Shown: positions 29,201-38,119, numbered from the stretch's first letter. The stretch: DNA of 64,000 nt from Longimicrobiales bacterium (GCA_965202805.1 OZ241869.1:2752001-2816000), one strand, 5' to 3'. Translations and numbers: made by a program. The notes: a model not told the origin generated them from the sequence alone.

Positions 29201-29605
29201 AGACATGATCCAGACGTTCTGGCCCCCGTCGTAGTCCGAGGTGTAGACGATGCGCGTGCCGTCGGGCGAGAAGCGGGGCTGGGCGTCGAAGGCCATCCCG
29301 GAAGTCAGCTGCGTCGCGGTGCCTCCGGAGATTGGGATGGTGAAAAGGTCGCCCAGGAAGTCGAAGACGATGGTCTGCCCGTCGGGGCTCACGTCCAGCG
29401 AGATCCAGCTGCCCTCCGTCATGTCGATGGACACGGTCCGGTCGACAGGGAGGGGCAGGTTCTCGTTCTCGGGGGCGTCGTCGTCCTCTTCCGCGGCGGG
29501 CGGCTCCTGAGCGAGCGCACCTGGCGTGACCAGGAATGGAACGCCGGCGAAGACCAGCGCGAGGAGAACTGCGCGAGGGAGCGAAACGAGGCGACAGCTG
29601 TGCAT
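26222..29605 (-). CDS. Exported amidohydrolase with TolB/PD40 beta-propeller domains
   Basis: Signal peptide, many SPDG repeats, acidic linker, PGFVDTHAH, HGQLQGLG and GKLADL. Confidence 0.92.
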   Translation of the reverse strand: MHSCRLVSLPRAVLLALVFAGVPFLVTPGALAQEPPAAEEDDDAPENENLPLPVDRTVSIDMTEGSWISLDVSPDGQTIVFDFLGDLFTIPISGGTATQLTSGMAFDAQPRFSPDGTRIVYTSDYDGGQNVWIMSLDGSDTVQVSRGASNRTESPEWMPDGDYVVAAVGNFRGGNLPKLKMFHVDGGGGIELVSEPDNMKVTGPAVSPDGRHVWYARRTGDWQYNAQFPQYQLEAYDREDGERYPKSSRYGSAVRPTLSPDGRWLVFGTRHDDQTGLLIRDLETSEERWLAHPVQHDDQESRATLDVLPGMSFTPDSRYLVVSYGGRMWKLPVEGGGAEEIPFRVQMDLTLGARVDFDYPIEDTPTFTVRQIRDAAPSPDGGMLAFTALDRLWVSDADGSNPRRLTDADRSEHFPAWSPDGEWIAYATWDGEVGHMYKSRVDGGGQPERLTRDAAAYFSPAWGPGDRLVALRGFIRAYESQGEGGTPGNEIVQVSTEPDGDDGSPLTVIAPSDGRRDLHFVEGDDRIYMFRPPDLLVSIRWDGSDEKEHVRVRGATLTGATQGLAPTTVRMAPRGDQALVELQRQIYSVTVPRIGITPTINVSNPDNAAFPARQLTDIGGEFPAWSGDGRSVHWSLGNAHFAYDLDAAEAFEDSVAAAEEEEGEEEAEAEEAEEPEAETEAEDEDEEQGDDEYRAAEFRVLIDAPRDIPEGLAVLRGARAITMNGDEVIENADIVVRNNRIDAVGRSGSVMVPDGATMIDVRGRTIVPGFVDTHAHLRARDQLHRTDVWPYLANLAYGVTTTRDPQTGNTEVLSYADMVRTGSILGPRVYSTGPGVFWQDQIDTAEEAHDVLRRYSDYFDTKTIKMYVAAARKGRQHIIMAARELGLMPTTEGSLNIRQNLTETLDGYPGLEHSIPIFPVYDDYVRLFAETGRVYTPTLLVTYGGPWAENYFYSRENPHDDPKLRRFTPHDEVDSRTLRRPQWFRGDQHTFSRHGEFVKDLVDGGGKAGVGSHGQLQGLGYHWELWAMAAADMDEHDALRMATIFGAEAIGLDQDLGTIEAGKLADLVILDANPLDDLRNTNTIDRVMLNGRLYDGDTLDELYPRERPLAPLWWWDDEPEGVPGVGR

Positions 29606-29699
29606 CTGGTGTCTTCCTTAAGGGAGTTCGCGAACGGGACAGACGGGCGGGCGGTCCGGAACTCACGAAGTGAACGCGCATAGAGCGCAGATGCAACGC

Positions 29700-30060
29700 A
29701 TGAATCGACGGGATTTCCTCCGCCGCGCCGGCGGGCGGCGGCTTCGACTGCCAGAGCGCGACGCGCGTCTTCGTCCGCTTCCGGAGGCGGTTCTGGGAAG
29801 CCGAGGGAATGAACGGATGGGGGACTACCGCCTCCAGCCACCTGGCCTCCGGGACATCCTACTCCTGGCAGCGGGACCCCTGGAGCCGGGCCGCGAGGGC
29901 CGAGCCGACGCCGGAACAGGACCGCGAACTCGGGAGCGAGCTCGCCATGCCCGAAGGTCCGATTCATTCCGCAGGCGAGCAGATCTCCGGCGCCCGCGGA
30001 TGGATGAACGGCGCCCTCGAGTCGGGTCTCCGCGCCGCGGCGGAGATTCACGGAGGATGA
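29700..30060 (+). pseudogene. Collapsed remnant of a Tat-exported flavin monoamine oxidase family gene
   Basis: Tat-like MNRRDFLRRAGG at 29700, then in another frame the family C-terminus WQRDPWS...PEGPIHSAGEQ...GWMNGALESGLRAAAEI. The FAD-binding N-terminus and core are absent. Confidence 0.7.
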
Positions 30061-30220
30061 TCGCCCCCGGACGGGCCGGCGACGAACGTTAATCGGCTGT
30101 CCCCTGTCCCTGGATACGCGGGGAACTCGCACCGAAACCACCCATGACGTACGATGTGCTTCTGCCCGTGCACGCGGTTCGTCCAGGCTCGTGCACCCAT
30201 CGGAACCCGGAGGAAGGATC

Positions 30221-32008
30221 ATGAGGACCACCCTGCTCATCGGAGCCCTGCTCGTCACCTCGACCGCCGCCCAGGCCCAGCAACGACCGGAGCGCGACCC
30301 GAACAGCATGGGGGGCGGTGACTGCGCCGCCAACGTCTACAACTGCCGGGATACGCCCAACCCGCTGCCGGCGGCGAACACGGTCTGGATCGAGGAGATG
30401 ACGTGGATGGACGTCCGCGACGCCCTCGCCGACGGTAAGACCACCGCCATCATCCCGACCGGCGGCGTCGAGCCCAACGGCCCCTGGCTGGCCACCGGCA
30501 AGCACAACTTCGTGCTGCGCGCCAACTGCGACGCCATCGCGCGCGAGCTGGGCGACGCTCTGTGCGCTCCGGTCATCAAGCTGGTGCCCGAGGGCAGCAT
30601 CGACCCGCCCAGCGGGCACATGACCAGCCCCGGCACCCTGAGCCTGCGGCAGGAGACCTTCGAGGCGCTGCTCACGGACGTCGCCCACAGCCTGAAGATG
30701 CACGGCTTCCGCAACATCATCTTCATCGGGGACAGCGGCGGGAACCAGGGCGGGCAGCGCGCCGTGGCCGAGAAGCTGAACGAGCAGTTCGCGGGCGCGG
30801 CCGTCGTGGCGCACGTGCAGGAGTACTACGACTACAACTCCGTCACCCGCTACATGGCCTTCCGCGGACTTGAGGACGGCGAGAGCGACAACCTCCACGA
30901 CGATCCGATCATCACCCTCAACATGTTCTACGACGACCCGTTCTCGGTGCGCTACGACGAGCGCATCGCGGCGGGCAAGGCGACCATCAACGGCGTCTCC
31001 ATCGAGGACCGGGTGCAGTCGCTCGAGTGGGCTCGCGAGATCGTGGAGTTCCGCGCCGAGCACACCGCCGGGGCGATCCGCAAGGCGATCGCCAACCGGG
31101 GCACCCTCCCAGCGCCCGACAGGTCCGCGATGCGTGCCCGCTTTGCCGCCATGCGGGCCGCGGGCGGAGGTCCGCCGCAGCGCCCGGCACCCGATCCCCG
31201 CTCCATGGGCGGAGGCAACTGCAGCGCCAACGCCTACAACTGCGCGGACACCCCCAACCCGCTCCCCGAGACGAGCACGCTCTGGATCGAGGAGATGACG
31301 TGGATGGACGTCCGCGACGCGCTCGCCGGCGGCAAGACGACGGCCATCATCTCGACCGGCGGCGTCGAGCCCAACGGCCCCTGGCTGGTCACCGGCAAGC
31401 ACAACTACGTGCTTCGCGCCAACTGCCCCGCGATCGCGAGGAAGCTCGGCAACGCACTCTGCGCCCCCGTGATCGAGACCGTGCCCGAAGGCAACATCGA
31501 TCCACCCAGCGGCCACATGACCAGCCCGGGCACCATCAGCCTGCGCCAGGAGACCTTCGAGGCGGTGCTGACCGATGTCGCACACAGCCTGAAGGTGCAC
31601 GGCTTCGAGAACATCGTCCTGATCGGCGACAGCGGTGGCAACCAGCGCGGCATGGACAACGTGGCCAACGCGCTGAACGAGGCCTGGGGCGATCAGGCCG
31701 CCGTCCACTTCATCCCGGAGTACTACCGGACCCCGCCGGGCACCCCCAACGTGCTGCGCGACCTGGGGATCGTCACCGACGACATGCCGCGCGACGGGCT
31801 GCACGACAGCCCCGGAATCACGTTCAACATGATGCTCGACGACCCGGCCTCGGTGCGCTGGGCGGAGCGGGTGAGGACGGGCCAGGCGGTCATCAACGGC
31901 GTCTCCATCGCCGACTTGGGCGCGTCGCTCGAGATCGCCCGCCAGATCGCCGATGCCCGCACCGAACGTACCGCGCGCCTCATCGAGGAGAGGATCAGGA
32001 ACAGGTAG
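30221..32008 (+). CDS. Exported tandem (two-domain) creatininase-like protein
   Basis: Signal peptide and two near-identical domains (WIEEMTWMDVRDA, TGGVEPNGPW, PGTxSL, GDSGGN), each preceded by SMGGGxCxANxYNCxDTPNPLP. Confidence 0.85.
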   Translation: MRTTLLIGALLVTSTAAQAQQRPERDPNSMGGGDCAANVYNCRDTPNPLPAANTVWIEEMTWMDVRDALADGKTTAIIPTGGVEPNGPWLATGKHNFVLRANCDAIARELGDALCAPVIKLVPEGSIDPPSGHMTSPGTLSLRQETFEALLTDVAHSLKMHGFRNIIFIGDSGGNQGGQRAVAEKLNEQFAGAAVVAHVQEYYDYNSVTRYMAFRGLEDGESDNLHDDPIITLNMFYDDPFSVRYDERIAAGKATINGVSIEDRVQSLEWAREIVEFRAEHTAGAIRKAIANRGTLPAPDRSAMRARFAAMRAAGGGPPQRPAPDPRSMGGGNCSANAYNCADTPNPLPETSTLWIEEMTWMDVRDALAGGKTTAIISTGGVEPNGPWLVTGKHNYVLRANCPAIARKLGNALCAPVIETVPEGNIDPPSGHMTSPGTISLRQETFEAVLTDVAHSLKVHGFENIVLIGDSGGNQRGMDNVANALNEAWGDQAAVHFIPEYYRTPPGTPNVLRDLGIVTDDMPRDGLHDSPGITFNMMLDDPASVRWAERVRTGQAVINGVSIADLGASLEIARQIADARTERTARLIEERIRNR

Positions 32009-32042
32009 GGCAATCGTGGGAGCACGAGGAAGGAGAGCGAGA

Positions 32043-33668
32043 ATGGACCGAAGAACCTTCATAGGGACGACCGCGGCCGGCGGCGCCGGCCTGGCGATGA
32101 CCTCGGCGTGCGCCCCCTCCGCCTCCGACTCGCCCACCGGCGCACAGGCGCCGGACGAGATCCCGCCCTTCGAATTCGACGAAGTCACGGTTGACGATCT
32201 GCAGCGCATGATGGAGGCGGGCGAGCATACGGCCCGCTCCATCACGCAGGCCTACATCGGGCGCATCGAGGCGATGGACCGGCAGGGCCCGGAACTCCGC
32301 TCGATGATCGAGATCAACCCGGACGCGCTCGAGATCGCCGACGAACTCGACGCCGAGCGCCGCGCGAGCGGGCCGCGCGGGCCGTTGCACGGGATCCCGG
32401 TCGCCCTCAAGGACAACCTCGACACCCACGACCGCATGACCACCACGGCCGGGTCGCTCGCGCTCGAGGGTTCCATTCCGCCGCGCGACTCCTTCGTCGT
32501 CGAGCGCCTGCGCGCCGCCGGGGCCATCCTCCTGGGCAAGGCCAACATGAGCGAGTGGGCCTACTTCCGGGGGGAGCGGGCCACCAGCGGCTGGAGCGCC
32601 CGCGGCGGCCAGTGCGTGAACCCCTACGCCCTCAACCGCAACCCCTGCGGCTCCAGCTCCGGATCAGGGGTGGCGGCCTCGGCCAACCTGTGCGCCCTCA
32701 CCGTCGGCACCGAGACCGGGGGCTCCATCATGTGCCCGTCCTCCAGCAACGGCATCGTGGGCATCAAGCCCACGGTGGGGCTGTGGAGCCGCTCCGGCAT
32801 CATCCCCATCTCCCACTCCCAGGACACCGCGGGGCCCATGACCCGAACCGTGCGCGACGCGGCCATCCTGCTGGGCGGAGCCGTGGGCGTGGATCCGCGC
32901 GACGAAGCCACCTCGCGCAGCGAAGGCAACTTCCACACCGACTACACGCAGTTCCTCGATCCCGCCGGGCTCGACGGCGCACGCATCGGCGTGGCGCGCT
33001 CCTTCACCGGCTTCGATCCGCGCGTCATGGCCCTCTTCGAGGACGCCGTCCTCGCGATGCGCGACGCGGGCGCGGTGATCGTGGACCCCGCCAACCTCCC
33101 CGCCGCCAACTGGAGGGACGAGCTTCCCCTCATCGTCCTCGAGTACGAGTTCAAGGCCGACCTGAACGCCTATCTGGCCACGCTGGGGCCGGACGCGCCG
33201 GTGCGCACGCTCGCGGAGATCATCGAGTTCAACGAGCAGAACGCCGCGCTGGAGATGCCCCACTTCGGCCAGCAGCGCATGCTCGCGTCACAGGCGCGCG
33301 GCCCCCTCACGGACGAGGTCTACCTGAACGCGGTGCGCACAATCCAGCGCGGCAACCGCGAAGAGGGCATCGATGCCCTCATGAACGAGCACCGGCTGGA
33401 CGCCATCGTGGCCCCCACCCGCGACCTCCCCTGGACCACCGACCACATCAAGGGGGACCGTCTGGACGGCGGGAGCAGCGCCGGGCCGGCCGCCATCGCG
33501 GGCTATCCGGACATCAGCGTGCCCATGGGGTTCGTGTCCGGGCTGCCGGCGGGCGTCTCGTTCTTCGGGCGCGCCTGGAGCGAGCCCGTGCTCATCCGCA
33601 TCGCCTACGCCTTCGAGCAGGCCACGCAGCACCGGCAGGCGCCGACCTTCGCGCCCACGCTGGGATAG
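32043..33668 (+). CDS. Amidase signature family protein, Tat-lipoprotein
   Basis: MDRRTFIG Tat motif, TSAC lipobox, ALKD, GSSSGS and ETGGSI. Confidence 0.92.
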   Translation: MDRRTFIGTTAAGGAGLAMTSACAPSASDSPTGAQAPDEIPPFEFDEVTVDDLQRMMEAGEHTARSITQAYIGRIEAMDRQGPELRSMIEINPDALEIADELDAERRASGPRGPLHGIPVALKDNLDTHDRMTTTAGSLALEGSIPPRDSFVVERLRAAGAILLGKANMSEWAYFRGERATSGWSARGGQCVNPYALNRNPCGSSSGSGVAASANLCALTVGTETGGSIMCPSSSNGIVGIKPTVGLWSRSGIIPISHSQDTAGPMTRTVRDAAILLGGAVGVDPRDEATSRSEGNFHTDYTQFLDPAGLDGARIGVARSFTGFDPRVMALFEDAVLAMRDAGAVIVDPANLPAANWRDELPLIVLEYEFKADLNAYLATLGPDAPVRTLAEIIEFNEQNAALEMPHFGQQRMLASQARGPLTDEVYLNAVRTIQRGNREEGIDALMNEHRLDAIVAPTRDLPWTTDHIKGDRLDGGSSAGPAAIAGYPDISVPMGFVSGLPAGVSFFGRAWSEPVLIRIAYAFEQATQHRQAPTFAPTLG

Positions 33669-33676
33669 CACCCCAC

Positions 33677-33733
33677 GGACGGACTCCCTGGACGGACTCC
33701 CTCCCGGCATTCGCATGGATTCATCCACGGACT
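33677..33733. repeat. 13-bp tandem duplication plus copy 2 (minus strand) of the AGTCCGTGGATGAATCC motif
   Basis: GGACGGACTCCCT twice (33677-33702) and GGATTCATCCACGGACT at 33717-33733. Confidence 0.65.
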
Positions 33734-33745
33734 GCCCCGGGGATG

Positions 33746-34642
33746 CTACCTCCCCATGCTCTCCCGTATGGCGCGCACCGTGATCCCGGTGCGGTAGGCG
33801 ATCAGAGCTTCGCCGATCTCGAGGGTCCGCTCCACGGGCCCCAGTTCCACTTCGTTGATCGAGTAGAGCCCCGCTGCCATCCGCTGTTGCGCGCGGATGC
33901 GCTCCGGGTCCGTGGTGGCCACGATCGACGAATAGTGCACGTCGTCGTGGTAGATGTCGCGCGTGGCGGAGCAGAAATCGGGCTTCTGGAAAATCCCCAG
34001 TTCCTCCTCGAGGAAGACGCAGCTCCAGATATCCTCCCGATAGTACTCCTCGATATAGTGGGCCTGCGCCGTCCCCCCCCAGTGTTCGTTCAGCCGGTCT
34101 GCGGCCTCCGACATGCCGTTCTGGTTCCCCCCGCTGTCCCCGATGAAGACGACGTCGGTGAACCCCTGGCTCTTCAGGCTGTTGCCCACGTCCTCGAGCA
34201 TCATGCGGAAGGTCTCCTGTCGCACGCTCAGGGTTCCCGGATAGCGGATGTTCTCGGGGTCGCCCTCGGGCACGTACTTCATGACCGGCGCGCACAGCGC
34301 GTTGCCCAGTTCGCGCGCGATCGCATCGCACATGGCCTCCAGGACGTAGTTGTGCTTGCCGCCCGCCATGTAGGGGCCGTTCTGCTCGACCCCGCCGGTC
34401 GCGATGATGCCGATCGTCTTCCCGGAGGCGATCTCGTCGCGCACCTCCATCCAGGTCAGCTCGTCGATCCAGATCGAGTTGATGCCCTCGATGGGCCGCG
34501 GGGCGACTCTCATCTCCTCCATGCGCCGCTGTCGTTCCGCCTGCTCCTCCGGCGTCAGGTTGCGACGGCCCTGCGACTCCGCCGGTGAAGCCGGAAGCAG
34601 GATGACAGCCAGTAATCCGAGTATCCATTTCGCCCGTTTCAT
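33746..34642 (-). CDS. Exported creatininase-like protein
   Basis: Signal peptide, WIDELTWMEVRD, TGGVEQNGPY, YPGTLSV, GDSGGNQ and HDD. Confidence 0.85.
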   Translation of the reverse strand: MKRAKWILGLLAVILLPASPAESQGRRNLTPEEQAERQRRMEEMRVAPRPIEGINSIWIDELTWMEVRDEIASGKTIGIIATGGVEQNGPYMAGGKHNYVLEAMCDAIARELGNALCAPVMKYVPEGDPENIRYPGTLSVRQETFRMMLEDVGNSLKSQGFTDVVFIGDSGGNQNGMSEAADRLNEHWGGTAQAHYIEEYYREDIWSCVFLEEELGIFQKPDFCSATRDIYHDDVHYSSIVATTDPERIRAQQRMAAGLYSINEVELGPVERTLEIGEALIAYRTGITVRAIRESMGR

Positions 34643-34701
34643 TACGTCCGCTCCTCTCAGATGACTCCCTCCCGTCCATCCCCCAAGCCGGGGATTCGGG
34701 T

Positions 34702-34730
34702 ATTGTGGGCCGGATGCCGGCGGGGGTCAA
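34702..34730 (-). promoter_or_regulatory. Putative sigma70 promoter for the creatininase-like gene
   Basis: Minus-strand TTGACC-N17-CACAAT, about 60 nt upstream of the ATG. Confidence 0.45.
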
Positions 34731-34746
34731 ACGACGCGTTCCCGCC

Positions 34747-34775
34747 TTGACACCTTCCGCCACCGAAGGCAGCTT
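34747..34775 (+). promoter_or_regulatory. Putative sigma70 promoter for the leader-ORF/TonB receptor operon
   Basis: Perfect TTGACA, 17-nt spacer and a weak -10 CAGCTT; back-to-back with the previous promoter. Confidence 0.35.
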
Positions 34776-34833
34776 GCTGCATCAGGCCGGAGTGCCCTCC
34801 GGCGGCACCCGGATGTATCCGACCGGCATAGCT

Positions 34834-35187
34834 GTGAAGCCGATTTCTCCTCGATCGCGGGACCTTCGCCGCTTCGGCGTTCTCTCCCTCTCGCTGCTTC
34901 AGCTCGCCGTGTTCGCCGGCCTTCCCACGGCGGATGCGGTGCTCGAAGCGAGGGGGCTGAGCACGGTCGTGCATATTGAAGGGGAGAACAGCGAAGATTG
35001 CGAGACCGGGCACAACCACCTCATGTGCCAGTTGACGCGCACGTTGTCGTCGGGTTTTTCCCCCTTCGCTCTGATCGACCTCCCGCTGGTATTCGAAGCC
35101 AGCATGGACACCCCGACCGCGACCGCCTGGCAAAACCGCCCGATCCCGCCCGGCGGCAGCGGTCCGAGGGCGCCTCCCCGGGCCTGA
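34834..35187 (+). CDS. DUF2946/CruR-like leader protein with a C-terminal RAPP ribosome-arrest motif
   Basis: Hydrophobic N-terminus, HIE..C..GHNH..C cluster and GPRAPPRA-stop, directly upstream of a TonB receptor. Start is 34813 or 34834. Confidence 0.72.
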   Translation: MKPISPRSRDLRRFGVLSLSLLQLAVFAGLPTADAVLEARGLSTVVHIEGENSEDCETGHNHLMCQLTRTLSSGFSPFALIDLPLVFEASMDTPTATAWQNRPIPPGGSGPRAPPRA

Positions 35188-35346
35188 CCCCTTTCCGGGT
35201 TGGTTGTCCGGGCCCCCCTCCGTCCGTTACGCGGCAACAACCCGTCCCGCAATTCGCGCTAACCGCTGAAGCATTTCGGCGAGTCGCACCGCGGAGCCTG
35301 GCGCAGGAGCGAGAGGCTCGCCGGTGGGGCTTGAAGAAGGCTGTCC

Positions 35347-37563
35347 ATGAAACTGAGGCGACTGGCCGGTTCAATTCCGGCAGTTCTGGCAATGGCTCTC
35401 GGGGCCGTCGGCTCGTCCGCGCAGGTCGAGCACGAGGGCGAGATCGAGGGCGTCGTACGCGACGTCGACTCGAGTCAGCCGCTCGCCGGCGCCGTGGTGT
35501 CCATCGATGCCGCGGCGGGGATGGCGGTCTCGCATGGGGACGGCACATTCCACGTCCCGGTGCCGGGTCCGCGCATCTACACGGTGCGGGTCGAACGCCT
35601 GGGCTATCGCACGGTTTCGCTCGAGGTGGACGCGTCGAGCGAGGAGATCGTGACGGTGGAGCTGGAAGCCAATCCGATTCCCCTGCCGCGGGTCGTGGTC
35701 ACCGGATCGCTGGTGGCGCGCGCTGCCAACGAGGTGTTGCGCCCGACCAGCGTATTCGCGGGAGAGGAGCTGCAGCGCCGCCTGGCCGGGACCCTGGCGG
35801 AGACGCTGACCTCCGAGCCGGGACTGGCGGTGAGCACCATGGGGCCGGCTTCCGCGCACCCGGTGATCCGGGGCCTGAGCGGGGACCGCATCCTCATGCT
35901 CGAGGACGGCGAACGGGTGGGCGACCAGTTTGCGAGCGGCCCCGACCACGCCACCGCGATCGACCCGTCGGCCGCGCGCCGGATCGAGGTCATCCGCGGG
36001 CCGGGCGCGATCCTCTATGGAAGCAACGCCCTCGGGGGCATCATCAACGTCGTTCGCGACGACGTGCCTTCCTCCGTGCCCCACCATCTCACCGGAGCGT
36101 TCACTCTTCAGGGACAAAGCGTCAGCAACGCGGCCGGCGGAAGCCTGCACGCCACCTATGGCCTGACCGACCACATTCCGGTGCGGCTGGAACTCGCGCG
36201 TCGTACGAGCAGCGACCTCAAGACCCCGGTCGGCGTTCTTCATAACACCAATTCCGATGTCCTGGAGCTCTCGGGCGGAACATCCTGGGTGGACGACTGG
36301 GGCCACGTCGGCACCACCTTCCGCTACTACGGCAACGACTACGGCATCCCCGGAGGATTCGTCGGGGGTCACGAAGCCGGGGTTCGCATCGAGATGGAGC
36401 GGACCGCAACCCGGCTCAGGAGCCTGATCAGGCCCCAGGGCGTCTTCGAGACCATCGAGATCGACGCAGGGTACACCTGGTACCGACACAAGGAGATCGA
36501 GCCCCCCGACATCCTGGGAACGCTCTTCGAGCGCCAGACGGTGAGCGGTGAACTCCTGGCCCGCCACGCGGACTGGGGACCGTTCTCGTCGGGCGGAGTG
36601 GGAACGCGGGCTTCCTGGGAGGACTTCGGGTTCGGAGGGGGGCTGTACACCCCGAACTCCACGTACACCTCCTTCGCCGCATACGCGCTGGAAGAGATCG
36701 ATCTGGACCCGATTCGCCTCGAAGCCGGCCTTCGCTACGACTGGGCGCACGTACGGCCTGACCGGGAGAATCCCTCATCCGATATCGGCCACATCCGCGC
36801 GAGGTCCTTCGGCGCGGCATCCGGATCACTCGGGGCCCTCGGACGACTGACGCGGAACTTCACGGTGGGCGCCTCGGTCGCCCGAGCCTTCCGCACCCCG
36901 AGCGTCAACGAACTCTTTTCAGAGGGTCCGCACCTGGCGGCCTATGCCTTCGAGGTGGGGAACCCGTCGCTCGAGACCGAGCGCGGCACCGGCATCGATG
37001 CGTTCGTCCGCTTTACGGGAGACCGGCTCAACGCCGAGACGACGGTCTTCCGCAATGCGATCTCGGGGTATGTCTTCCCCCTCGAGACGGGCGAACTGAG
37101 TCGGGTGCGGCTGCCGGTCTTCCAGTTCTACGGAGAGGACGCCGTGCTCGCCGGCTTCGAGAGCGCGCTGGAGTGGGCGGTGGTCGGCGACCTGACCCTG
37201 GAAGCGGTGGTTTCCTACGTCCGCGGCAGGATCGCAGCCACGGACGAACCGCTTCCCCTGATCCCGCCGCTGCAGGGGCGCTTCGCCATCGGTTACGCGC
37301 CCCGCGACTGGTTCGTGGAGGCCGAAACCCGGGTTGCGGCTCGCCAGGACCGGACGGGTCCCTTCGAGAGCGCAACTGATGGATATGCTGTTTTCGATCT
37401 CTCCGCCGGAATCCGGATTACGGTCAGGGGGCGGCTGAACGTGATCACCGTGCGGGGAGAGAATCTTGGCAACGCCGTATACAGGAACCACCTGTCGCGC
37501 GTGAAGGAGATCATGCCCGAGGCGGGAAGATCCGTCAGCGTGGCATACCGGGTCGTCTTCTAG
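35347..37563 (+). CDS. TonB-dependent receptor, probably for a transition metal (ZnuD-like)
   Basis: Signal peptide, N-terminal extension, plug PVIRGL/DHATAID/IEVIRGPGAILYG, EGPHLA and a C-terminal Phe. Confidence 0.9.
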   Translation: MKLRRLAGSIPAVLAMALGAVGSSAQVEHEGEIEGVVRDVDSSQPLAGAVVSIDAAAGMAVSHGDGTFHVPVPGPRIYTVRVERLGYRTVSLEVDASSEEIVTVELEANPIPLPRVVVTGSLVARAANEVLRPTSVFAGEELQRRLAGTLAETLTSEPGLAVSTMGPASAHPVIRGLSGDRILMLEDGERVGDQFASGPDHATAIDPSAARRIEVIRGPGAILYGSNALGGIINVVRDDVPSSVPHHLTGAFTLQGQSVSNAAGGSLHATYGLTDHIPVRLELARRTSSDLKTPVGVLHNTNSDVLELSGGTSWVDDWGHVGTTFRYYGNDYGIPGGFVGGHEAGVRIEMERTATRLRSLIRPQGVFETIEIDAGYTWYRHKEIEPPDILGTLFERQTVSGELLARHADWGPFSSGGVGTRASWEDFGFGGGLYTPNSTYTSFAAYALEEIDLDPIRLEAGLRYDWAHVRPDRENPSSDIGHIRARSFGAASGSLGALGRLTRNFTVGASVARAFRTPSVNELFSEGPHLAAYAFEVGNPSLETERGTGIDAFVRFTGDRLNAETTVFRNAISGYVFPLETGELSRVRLPVFQFYGEDAVLAGFESALEWAVVGDLTLEAVVSYVRGRIAATDEPLPLIPPLQGRFAIGYAPRDWFVEAETRVAARQDRTGPFESATDGYAVFDLSAGIRITVRGRLNVITVRGENLGNAVYRNHLSRVKEIMPEAGRSVSVAYRVVF

Positions 37564-37639
37564 AGCGAGCCGTCCGCGCAGTGCGGAGACGCTTCGCCAC
37601 AGGAACGACCGGAACATCAACACAAACGAGGAAAGAACG

Positions 37640-38119
37640 ATGAGACATTCGAGACTGAAACTGCCGTTCGCCCTGCTGAGCGCGGGCATCCTGGCCCTCT
37701 CGGCGTGCGAGAGCGCAACCGAACCCGAAGAAGACCATGCAGACGAAGTCGAGGGCGTGATCCTGGTGCAGGGCGGCCAGACGATCGCGTCGTACGATGG
37801 CCACGACGGTGAGTGGACCGGCGAACTGGAGGCCGAGCCGGGCGAGGAAGGTCCCCACATCACCGTGCGCTTCGTCAACCACGACATGGACCCGGTCCAG
37901 CTGGACGAGGACTTCTACCTGGAAGTGGAGGTCGAGGACGAGTCCATAGCCGAATTCGAACAGGACACCCCCGGGGAATTCGGGGGACACCTGCACGGAG
38001 GGGCCGAGGGCGACACTGACATCGTTTTCCGCCTGATGCACGGCGCCGTAGGCTCCGGGCACGCCGACTTCGTGACCGCGCCGCTCCATATCCACGTGCA
38101 CGAGCACGACGACGGGTAA
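37640..38119 (+). CDS. His/acid-rich lipoprotein, putative metal-binding
   Basis: LALSAC lipobox, EEDHADE, GHLHG, HGAVGSGHADF and C-terminal HIHVHEHDDG. Confidence 0.8.
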   Translation: MRHSRLKLPFALLSAGILALSACESATEPEEDHADEVEGVILVQGGQTIASYDGHDGEWTGELEAEPGEEGPHITVRFVNHDMDPVQLDEDFYLEVEVEDESIAEFEQDTPGEFGGHLHGGAEGDTDIVFRLMHGAVGSGHADFVTAPLHIHVHEHDDG

